From contig CM059431.1 of NCBI GenBank assembly GCA_030390025.1, forward strand, positions 152,770,001 to 152,834,000: 64,000 nucleotides of DNA, read 5' to 3'. The notes below the pieces were generated by a model. That model ran no database searches. It was not told the DNA's origin and saw only the letters and a list, made by a program, of their open reading frames with translations. Source of the stretch: Squalus acanthias (Eukaryota). Below are positions 35,501 to 45,515 of this stretch, piece by piece (the stretch's first letter is position 1; every line of letters starts with the position of its first letter). Position numbers and translations under genes: made by a program.

Positions 35501-38500
35501 CATAGAAGCCTAGAAGCATAGGAGATAGGGTCAGGAGTAGGCCATTCGGCCCATCGAGCCTGCTCTGCCATTCGATGAGATCATGGCTGATCATCCAAAC
35601 TCAGTACCCTGTACCTGCCTTCTCCCCATATCCCTTGATACCTGTAGCTTTAAGAAATATATCTAACTCATTCTTGAATATATTTAATGACTTGGCCTCA
35701 TCTACCTTCTGTGGTAGAGAATTCCACAGGTTCACCACTCTCTGGTTGAAGAAATTCTTCCTCATTTCTGTCCTAAATGGCTTACCTGTTATCCTTAGAT
35801 TATGACACCTGGTTCTGGACTCTCCGACCATAGGGAACATTCTTCCTGCTTCGAGTTTGTCCAGACCTGTCAGAATTTTATATGTTTCGATGAGATCGCC
35901 TCTCATTCTTCGATACTCCAGCGAGTATAAGACCAATCGACCCAATCTCTCCTCATATGTCACTCCTGCCATCCCAGGTATCAGCCTTGTGAATCTTCGC
36001 TGAACTCCTTCCATGGCAAGAACATCATTCCTCAGATACGGCGACCAAAACTGCACACAGTACTCAAGGTGTGGTGTCACCAAGGCCCTGTACAACTGCA
36101 GCAGGAGATCCCTGTCCCTATACACAAACCCTTTCGCTATGAAGGTCAACATACCATTTACCTTCTGCACCACCTGCTACACCTGCATGCTTACTTTCAG
36201 CGACTGGTGCACAATGACACCCAGGTCTCGTTGCAATTCCCCTTCTCCCAATCTATTGCCATTCAGATAATAGTCTGCCATTCTGTTTTTGACACCAAAG
36301 TTGATAACCTCGCATTTATCCACGTTATATTGCATCTGCCACGCTTCTGCCCATTCACCCAACCTATCCAAATCATCCTGGAGTTTCTCGGTATCCTCCT
36401 GGCAGCACACACTCCCACCCAGCTTTGTGTCATCTGCAAACTTGGCGATATTACATTTATTTCCCTTATCTAGATCATTAATGTATATTGTGAATAACTG
36501 GGGTCCAAGGAGCAATCCCTGCGGTACCCCACTAGTCACTGCTTGCCACTGGAAAAAGACTCATTAATTCCTAGTCTCTGCTTTCTGTCCGCCAACCTGT
36601 TCTCTATCCAAGTCAATACCTTGCCCCCAATCCCATGTGCCTTTACTTTACACGCTAATCTCTTATGCGGGACCTTATCGAAAGACTTTTGAAATTTCAA
36701 ATACACCACATCTACTGGTTCTCCCTTATCTATGTTCCCAGTTACATCCTCAAAAAATTCCAGTAGATTATTCAAGCACGATTCACCTTTTGTAAATCCA
36801 TGTTGACTTTGTCCGATCCTGTCACTGTTTTTCAAGTGCTCAGCTATTACATCTTTTATAATGGACTCTAGCATTTTCTCGACTACTTTTGTAATTCCCC
36901 GCTTTATCTCTACCACCCTTTTTGAATAGTGGGGTAACATTAGCTACCCTCCAATCTATGGGTACAGTTCCAGATTCCATCGAATGTTGGAAGATGATCA
37001 GCAATGCATCTACTATTTCCAGGGCCACTTCCTTAAGTCCCCTAGCATGTAGATTATCAGGCCCTGGGGATTTATCGGCCTTCAATCCCGTCAATGTCCC
37101 TAACACAATTTCCCTGCAAATACTGATTTATTTCAGTTCCTCACTTACATCAGACCGTATGTTCTCCAACATCTCTGAGAGGTTACTTGTGCACTCCTTT
37201 GTGAAGACAGAACCAAAATATGAATTTAATTGGTTTGCCATTTCTTTGTTCCCCATTATAACTTCCCCCGCTTCTAACTGCAAAGGATCTACACTTGATT
37301 TCACTAATCTTTTTTCTCTTCACATATCTATAAAAGCTCTTACAGTCAGTTTTTCTTTTCCCAGCAAGCTTACTTTCATATTCTGTTTTCCCCTTCTTAA
37401 TTAATCCCTTTGACCTCCTTTGTTGAATCCTAAACTGCTCCCAATCCTCAGGGTTACCGCTTTTTCTGGCCAATTTATATGCCCTCTCCTTGAATCTTAT
37501 GCTATCCCTAATTTCCCTTATTACCCACGGTTGAGTCACCTTTTTTGTTTTATTCTTATGCCACACTGGGATGAACAAATTCTGTAGTTCATCCATGCAG
37601 TCTTTGAATGTTTGCCATTGCCTATCCACCGTCAACCCCTTGAGTGGCATTCCCCAATCAATAATAACCAATTTGCGCCTCATACCATCGTAGTTTCCTT
37701 TATTTAAATTTAGGACCCTAGTCTCTGATTCAAATGCTTCACTCTCCATCCTAATGAAGAATTCTATCATATTATTATCTCTCTGACCCAAGGGGCCTCG
37801 TGCAGCAAGATTGCTAATTAATCCTTTCTCGTTACATAATACCTAGTCTAAGATGGCCTGATCTCTGGTTGGTTCCTCGACATATTGTTCCAGAAAATCA
37901 TCCCATAAACATTCTAGGACTTCCTCCTCCACAGTATTTTTACTAATTTGTTTAGCCCAATCTCTACGTAAATTAAAGTCACCCATGATGACTGCAGTGC
38001 CCTTACTGCATGCTTCTTTAATTTCCCTTTTAATGCCGTCCCCAAACTCCGTATCACTGTTTGGAGGTCTATATTCCACTCCCACTAACGTTTTCTGCCC
38101 CTTGTTATTTCTCAGTTCCACCCAGATTCCGCATCATCAGAGCTAATATCCTTCCTTTCAGTTGTGTTAATCCCCTCTTTAACCAGCAATGCTACCCCAC
38201 CTCCCTTTCTTTTTTGCCTATCTTTCCTAAATATTGAATAACCATGGATGTTGAGTTCCCAGCCTTGGCCACCCTGGAGCCATGTTTCTGTAATCCCAAT
38301 CAAATCGTAAACATTTACCTCTAATTGAGCAGCTAATTCATCCACCTTTTTTCCGAATGATCCTTGCATTAAGACACAAAGGGGTAAAAATTAGGTCGCA
38401 CCCCATTTGGGGCGCAAATATCGTCCGGACGCAAATATTAGCGCCTGGCGCTAATTATCGGCACTGACAGGAAACTTCACTTTTACCGCCCCGGGAGGTG

Positions 38501-40140
38501 AGTGGAGCGCTAAAGCAGGCGCTGCACACCTCTCTTAAGGCGCAAAGGCCGAGCAGTGAGGCGCTAACTCGGAGCGCTGGCGAAGCTCATGTAATGTCAG
38601 TCAGCAATGGAACACACACACAATGGCACGGGCCAGTTCTTAAAGGGGATGGTTAATCTTGCTTTCCATCCACATCCTGTTCATTGCTGCCTTGAATCTC
38701 GGCCTGGAGAGACTTGCACATCAAATGTGCTGGAAAGAACAATGGAATGTACCAGGCAAAGAGCTCAGAGTGCAGCTCCCACAGTCTCTGCTAAATCGAT
38801 ACAAGGAATGGCAAATCAAAATGAACCTGCAAGGTGCTGCTCAGTACCCAAAACTCCTTCACACAACGTTGAATCTCTCCAGAAGTCTCTCCCTCTCTCT
38901 CTCAGAATGCGTAGTTCAAAAATGCCACCAACAATAAAAGACAGGAAGAGGCCCCCTTTAAATAGCGCCCCCCCCCAGCCCCACAGCGATTGATAGCGTT
39001 CCAGTCTTCTGGTCGTTGGAAGCGCCAGGCGGTAAGGCAGGGGGCGCCACTCAATTTCCGCTACGGGGCGCCCCAAGGGCGTTGCACCATGGAATGACGT
39101 CACAATCTGCGCGCGCAGGTGGTCGCAGCGGTAAGTTTTAGCGCCGCCGCACAATCTCAAGTTAAGTTCTCGAGCGGCGCAAACATCGCTGCGCCCGGGC
39201 GTTAGCGGCTTTGCGCCCCATTAGCGCCCTCTTAAGGCGCTAACGGGAGGCGCAACCAAGTGAATTTTTACCCCAAAGCCTTCAGGCTTGTTTTTTAACG
39301 CTCTCAGACGTATATGAATTTTTATTTACTGTGACCATGTTTGATTTAAACGGTTGAGTTCTTTGCCTTTTAGTTTTGTTTTTCTCCTTCCTGTCTTTAG
39401 CTTTATATACTCGTTTCCCTTTCCTCTGTCTCCCTGCTCAGGTTCCCAACACCGTGCCAGTTTAGTTTAAACCCTCCCCAACAGCACTAGCAAACACTCC
39501 CCCTAGGACATCGGTCCCGGCCCTGCCCAGGTGCAGACCGTCCCGTTTGTACTGGTCCCACCTCCCCCAGAACCGGTTCCAATGTCCAATGAATTTGAAT
39601 CCCTCCCTCTTGCACCATTCCTCTAGCCACGTATTCATTTGAAATATCCTCCTATTTCTACTCTGACTAGCACTTGGCACTGGTAGCAATCCTGAGATTA
39701 CTACCTTTGAGGTCCTATTTTTTTAATTTACCTCCTAACTCCCTATATTCTGCTTTTAGGACCTCATCCCGTTTTTTACCTATATCGTTGATGCCTATGT
39801 GCACCACAACAACTGGCTGTTCGCCCTCCCCCTCCTAAATGTTCCGTAGCCACTCCGAAACGTCCTTGACCCTTGCACCAGGGAGGCGAAACACTGTCCT
39901 GGAGTCTTGTTTGCGGCCGCAGCAACTCCTATCTATTCCCCTCACAATTGAATCACCTATCACTATAGCTCTTCCACTCTTTTTCCTCCCAGCCTGTGCA
40001 GCAGAGCCATCCCATGGTGCCAGGAAGTTGGCTGCTGCTGCCTTCCCCTGATAAGTCATCCCCCCCAACAGCATCCAAAGTGGTATATCTGCTGGAGAGG
40101 GGGATGGCAACAGGTGACCCCTGCACTACCTGCCTGCACC
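35501..40140 (-). mobile_element. CR1/HER1-type LINE (part of ORF1 and all of ORF2, decayed)
   Basis: Highly similar to 11860-15530 in reverse. GDSIVRG, ITETWL, GDFN, FADDTKL motifs and a 3' tail at 35501-35525. Confidence 0.95.
38381..39274 (+). mobile_element. Harbinger MITE (894 bp) related to the autonomous element
   Basis: Perfect 12-bp TIRs GGGGTAAAAATT and TSD AAA. Excision restores the CR1 frame (LKALCLNA). Confidence 0.93.
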
Positions 40141-40396
40141 TCTTACTTATTGCACAGGGCGAATCTCCACGACGTCCAACTAGCTCATTTTTTATGGCAA
40201 AGCCTACCCCATGAAGTCGGCGTTCTTGTTTAGCTTTGCCTTTCCAGAAGAAGGCATAACCACCGCCTTGCTCTTTGAGCTGGCCTGACACAGCCCACCT
40301 GGTCTAACTTAGAGCGGCGATGTCTACGTTGAAACGTCTGAGCTTCCGGGCAACGATAGCAGTAAAGTGTTCCGGTCTGTCGATGTTGGAGTTGTC

Positions 40397-40870
40397 CATT
40401 GCCTAAGGACATAAGGAAGTCTCATGGCTTCCAGTCAGACATGGGCAAGGTAACTTCCTGTTGATAACCGCCTACCACCCTGATTCAGCTGATGAATCAT
40501 CACATCTACATGCAGAACAAAAATTGATTGAAGCACTGAGAGCAGAAAGGGCACGAAATATACTCTCTGGAAGGGGAGGGGGGTGACTTCAATGTCCATC
40601 ACCAAGAGTGGCTCAGAAGCACCATCATTTACCGAGCCCTGAAAAATTGCCAGACTGGGACTGCAGCAGGTGGTGGGCGAACCAACAGGGGAAAATAGCC
40701 AGTGTGACCTCTTCCTCACAAATCAACCTATCGCATATGCATCAGTCCATGACGCTATTGGTAGCACTGACCACTGAACAATATTTGTGGAGAATAATTC
40801 TCGCCTTCACACTGAGGACACCATCCATCGTATCATTTGCCACTACCATCGTGCTCACTGGGATGAAATT
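40397..40870 (+). mobile_element. Family-B LINE endonuclease fragment (right part)
   Basis: GDFNVHHQEWL motif. Homologous to 3600-4040. Confidence 0.8.
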
Positions 40871-41402
40871 AGACAGATTCAAGCGTTCCCACAAGCAACA
40901 GATCAGATTATTTCAAAGCTGTCATATCCTTTCGTGAATTGTAATGAACAATTAAGCCGTTTCCCCATAGTCCTGAATATTTCGCCTTTTCAACTATTTA
41001 TCGAATTTCCTTTTGAAAGTTCCTATTAAGAAAGAAAGGGGGAAAAATTAGGTCGCGCCCCATTTGGGGCGCAAATATCGTCTGGACGCAAATATTAGCG
41101 CTTGCCGCTAATTATCGGCACTGACTGGAAACTTCACTTTTACCGCCCCGGGAGGTGAGTGGAGCGCTAAATCAGGCGCTGCACACCTGTCTTAAGGCGC
41201 AAAGGCCTAGGAGTGAGGTGCTAACTCAGCGCGCGAGCGCAGCGCAGCTGCTGCCAGTTAGCGAGGGAACACAGACACACTTGCGCCGGCCACTTCTTAA
41301 AGCGGGGGGGGGGGGGGGCAACTTGCTCCCCAGCCACACCCTGCTCATTGCAGCCTTGAATCTCGGCCTGGAGCGACCTGTGAATCCATTTTGCTGCCAA
41401 GG

Positions 41403-43221
41403 ATGGAGAGGGTGAGAGAACGAGCTCATCGCTTCACCGAGCGGGCCTTGGATGCTCTGGTTGACGCAGTGGAGCGCAGACGATGTATGCTCTTCCCTGA
41501 GAATGGCAGGAGGCCTTTGCCACGCGAGTTCAGAAGAGTGTGGAGGGAGGTGGCTCAGAGCGTCTCCTCCAGGAGCATGGTGCCCAGGACCCATACTCAA
41601 TGCCGCAAAAAGTTCAACGACCTCACTCGGGTCGTCAGGGTGAGTGGCTTTTTCTCAATAGCTCTCCATCCCTCCATCTCAACCTCACTCTATGGCCAGA
41701 GGGTCTTAAAACCCCAATGCACAACACTCATCCAACACCTATGGCCCTTTCATGAAACACACACACACATTCCACACTTTGCATACAGTAAGGGCTAATC
41801 ACCTATGGGAGGCACATCAGGCAATACCATGGCTGTATACAGTAAGGGCTATTCACCTATGGGAGGCACATCAGGCAAGACCATGGCTGTATATTCACTC
41901 AGATGCTGTCCTTTTTCTTACAGGCCAAGCTGGCGCATAATCGGAGACAGCAGCAACGGACAGGTGGAGGGTGGCCTCAGCTGCAACCCCTCAGTGATCT
42001 GGAGGAGCGCGTCCACAGGATTGTGGCAAGCCGGGTGATCGGTCCCGTCGCCACTGGAGACGCCGACCCCATTCTGGACAGCAATGGTAAGGTCATCACC
42101 TTTTTTCCTCTGTCCTTCCACTTGTCCCTCACAACACCAGCCTTTGACACTTTCAATCCAACTTGCTAACTCGCTGCACTTATTCCTCCCTTACTGCCAC
42201 CCTGTCCTCACGCTAAAGCCACTCTTGTACCTCCCTGCTTTCAGATGGTGATTCACCAGCTGAGGAGACGGGCCCGAAAGCTGTAACTGGGAGTGAAGCT
42301 GCAGCCGAGGAGGAAGAGGAAGCCGGAGCATCAGTGCCACCCTCTCCCAAGGAAGCCCATGCCCACACTGGGAACACGCCTTCCCTGGAGGGGAGCAGGG
42401 GGGAAGGGTCTGATGAGGGTGAAACTCCAGGACCCAGCGGGCTGCAGCAACGCCATGGGGGTAGGGAAGAACGGGGGCCTTCTCCCCAGAGGGAGAGTAT
42501 GCCAGCGACTCCTACTACAATGGACGCAGAGGAGGAGCGGCTGATCGCAGAAATGAACACCCAGGCGGTGGGCATGCACACTGAGCTCATGGGTGCAGTG
42601 GGAAGGGTGCCCGAATGCATTTTGTCACTGGCAAGGAGTGTGGAGCACTTCGCTGTAGCACAGGCGGATGCCACACTAACGCTTAGTGCTGCAATTCAGT
42701 CACTGGCTGCCGTGATCCCATCTCTGACTGCTCTCATGCAGACTCAGATTGAGGCCACGCGAGCACAGACTGCTGCCAACCTCGATGGTTCGTGCACATG
42801 TCCCCGGGGCTGTCACCGCGCCGCAGCAGGCCAGCAATCTGTTCTCCAGCAGATTGCTCCGGATGCTGAAGTGCTGCCCCGTGGGAGTGCCAGTGTGTCG
42901 GACGAGCAGGAAGTTGCTGTCCTCTCTCACGATGACAGCATTCCTGCTGCCAACACTGTCACTTCTCCACTGCACTTGCCACCTCCTGTAGGACAGACTG
43001 CTGCCGCCCATGCAGAGTTGGTGCAGTCTGCAGCCGGGCCCTCCAGGCCCAGAACTGATCGAGGCCGTCCTTCAGGGGCATCTGCAGTGTCAGGGTCTGA
43101 CGAGCAGCAGCCTTCCACCAGCCTTGCTGCAGCCACTGAGGTCCCATTACGGAGGAGCAGTAGGGTTAGAAGGGGGGAAGTGCGCAAGGGAAGGAGATCA
43201 CCCTCGAAGGGCAAAAAGTAG
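41403..43221 (+). CDS. Harbinger Myb/SANT-like DNA-binding protein, 3 exons (41403-41639, 41924-42086, 42245-43221), 458 aa
   Basis: RFTERALDALVDAV...W.EVA..V..RS...RT.TQCRKKFNDL, then AKLAHNRR...RTGGG. GT-AG introns in phases 0 and 1 give one open frame with a basic C-terminus. Confidence 0.88.
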
Positions 43222-43515
43222 GAGGTTTGACAAAATGCTGGTCATTTTTTTATTAAAGGTCGAGGTTCATGGTCCAACTTTTGTTTAGTGTTTTGGACAT
43301 TATCTCCAGGTTGTGAGAACCAGTTATGTTATTGACTGTTTTTTTGTGTTTATTTCTATGAGTTTGTCATGAGGAATTGACACACACAGAGTTTGTAAAA
43401 TAAATAAGTTTCTGTATACAAAATATACATGGTTGGTGGTTGGAATTACTGGTGCCTTGGCCGGCTTAGGGGTTGCGTGCTGGGTTCATTAATGTTGTTA
43501 GCAATGGCAGGGGCC

Positions 43516-44676
43516 CTAGAAGCGGCTTGCTATTAGCCGTTGACGGACGGCCCTTGCAGTTTGACCATTGTGGGCCGCCCTCCCGCCTTGGTGATGCTGA
43601 TGATCATCCTCCTCGTCCTCTTCCTCCTCTTCCTCCTCCTCCTCTGGTGGTGCTCCAAGGCCTGGTGGCATTGGCTGGGTCCTGAGGATTGCCATGTTAT
43701 GCAACATGCAGCACACGACTACGAAGTTCGATACTCGCTCAGGCGAGTACTGCAGGGCTCCTCCAGAATGGTCGAGACAGCGGAACCGTTGCTTCAGCAC
43801 GCCGATTGTGCGCTCAATTATGTTCCTGGTAGCTTGATGGCTCTCATTGTACCGCAGCTCAGCAGGGGTATTGGGCGTACGGAGCGGTGTCATCAGCCAG
43901 GTGCTCAATGCATACCCCTTGTCCCCGAGAAGCCAACCAACTGTCTGATGCGGTGCCTCGAAAAGTTCTGCCACAGTAGTCTGGCGCAGGATAAAAGCAT
44001 CGTGGCAGCTGCCAGGATAGTGGGCATTGACAGCGAGTATCAGCTGTCTGTGGTCACAGAGCAACTGAACATTCAAGGAATGGAACCCATTTCTGTTCCG
44101 GAATTCCTCGGCATTCTCATGCGGAGCACGCAAAGCCACATGCGTGCAGTCAATGGCGCGCTGCACCATGGGGAAGCCCGCTATCCTCGCAAAGCCCAGA
44201 GCGCGGTCACGCTGCTTGTCTGGGGTCATGGGGAAAGAGATGAACTCTCGTCTCTTTTTAAAGAGGGCATTTGTAACCTGCCGGATGCAGCAATGCACCG
44301 CGAACTGGGAGATATAGGCGAGGTCCCCAGCAGCAGCTTGAAATGAGCCAGTAGTGTAAAAGTTGAGAGCCACTGTGACCTTCACTGCCACCGACAGAGA
44401 CGTCCTGGACCTCAGTTGAGGCTGCAGATCTGGCTGCAGCAGGTGGCAGAGCTCAGTGACCACCTCCTTGCTGAATCGCAGCCTTCGCAAACACAGCTCC
44501 TCAGACATATGGATGTAGGAGAGCTGTTCACGATATACCCTGGGAGGGTAAGCTCTCCTGTACATACACCTGTTGGCCCTCCTCCGTCTGGCCATCATTG
44601 CCACTCTCTCTCTGCATCTCTGTATCCTCCGATTCAGCTGGAGCAGGACGACGCCCCCAATCAGTGCAGCCCCCAT
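43516..44676 (-). CDS. Harbinger DDE transposase (HARBI1-like family), 386 aa, intronless
   Basis: Open frame from ATG 44676. LRFSK, HTH-like ISQ..V, AIDCTHV, PGSCHDA, LLGDKGY, RNIIERTIGVLKQRFRCL and CCMLHN motifs. DDE triad present. Confidence 0.95.
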   Translation of the reverse strand: MGAALIGGVVLLQLNRRIQRCRERVAMMARRRRANRCMYRRAYPPRVYREQLSYIHMSEELCLRRLRFSKEVVTELCHLLQPDLQPQLRSRTSLSVAVKVTVALNFYTTGSFQAAAGDLAYISQFAVHCCIRQVTNALFKKRREFISFPMTPDKQRDRALGFARIAGFPMVQRAIDCTHVALRAPHENAEEFRNRNGFHSLNVQLLCDHRQLILAVNAHYPGSCHDAFILRQTTVAELFEAPHQTVGWLLGDKGYALSTWLMTPLRTPNTPAELRYNESHQATRNIIERTIGVLKQRFRCLDHSGGALQYSPERVSNFVVVCCMLHNMAILRTQPMPPGLGAPPEEEEEEEEEDEEDDHQHHQGGRAAHNGQTARAVRQRLIASRF

Positions 44677-45187
44677 ATTCTCTTTGCAAGCAAAGTAATG
44701 AAGGACAGCAACTAAAGTACTAGCGAAGTTAGGATCAATAGGCAAAGCTACCTCACAAAGCGTTGAGTCAATGCAGAAGTCTCTCTTTCTCTCTCTCCGA
44801 ATCTCTCTCTCTCTCTCAGAACGAGTGGTGCAAAAATGTCGACCACAGAAAAAGACAGGGAGAGGCCCCCTTTAAATAGCGCCCCCCCAAGCCCCACAGC
44901 GATTGATAGCGTTCCAGTCTTCCAGTCGTTGGATGCGCCAGGCGGTAAGGCAGGGGGCGCCACTCAACTTCTGCTCTGGGGCGCCACAAGGGCGTTGCAC
45001 CATGGAATGACGTCACAATCTGCGCGCGCAGGTGGTCGCAGCGGTAAGTTTTAGCGCCGCCGCACAATCTCTAGTTAAGTTCCCGAGCGGCACAAACATC
45101 GCTGCGCCCGGGCGTTAGCGGCTTTGCGCCCCATTAGCGCCCTCTTAAGGCGCTAACGGGAGGTGCAACCAACTGAATTTTTACCCC

Positions 45188-45515
45188 AAAGACTTGCATT
45201 TGTAGAGCGCCTTCAATATCCTTGGGATGTCCCAAAGCACTTTACAGCCAAAGAACTACTTTTGAAGTGAAGTAAGTGTTGTTCTGTAGGAGACACGGCA
45301 GCCAGTATGTAAACAGCAAGTTCCCACAAACAGCTTTGCAATAACGACCTGGTCATCTGTTTTAGTGATATTGATTGAGGTAAGTATTGGCCAGAACACT
45401 GGGGATAACTCCGCTGCACTTCTTCGAATATTGCCATGGAATCTTTTACATCCAGCTGACAGTCAGCAGACATGGCCTCGGTTTAACGTCGCAACCTAAA
45501 GACGGCCGCCCGGCA
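45188..45515 (-). mobile_element. SINE 3' half (host of the Harbinger insertion)
   Basis: Reverse complement of the SINE body at 57815-58120. Confidence 0.85.

Larger units (their letters stand above)
31879..40396 (-). mobile_element. RTE-clade LINE, decayed, split by nested insertions (RTE sequence at 31879-34138, 34898-35500 and 40141-40396)
   Basis: Endonuclease motifs (YAFFWKG..HGVGFAIK, LILLGD, HLLDYIIV) and RT motifs (KGDKSDYGNYRG, DMIFT.RQIQDKCREQ). Candidate TSD CATTGCCT at 31871-31878 and 40397-40404. Confidence 0.9.
41038..45187 (+). mobile_element. Autonomous PIF/Harbinger DNA transposon, 4150 bp
   Basis: TIRs GGGGGAAAAATT / AATTTTTACCCC (one mismatch) and TSD AAA. Two convergent intact genes. 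Removing it restores a SINE tail (AAGAAAGAAAGACTTGCATT). Confidence 0.95.

Noticed and set aside
38607..38993. 128-aa ORF present in both MITEs (also 55928..56314)
   Set aside because: It spans promoter DNA and the deletion junction and has no recognisable domain. Shared ancestry probably explains it, though dN/dS was not tested.
43516..44745. Host genes HARBI1 or NAIF1/MSANTD
   Set aside because: Both ORFs lie within TIRs with a TSD and are multicopy, so they are transposon genes and not the domesticated loci. The ORF-track start at 44745 is a non-ATG codon.
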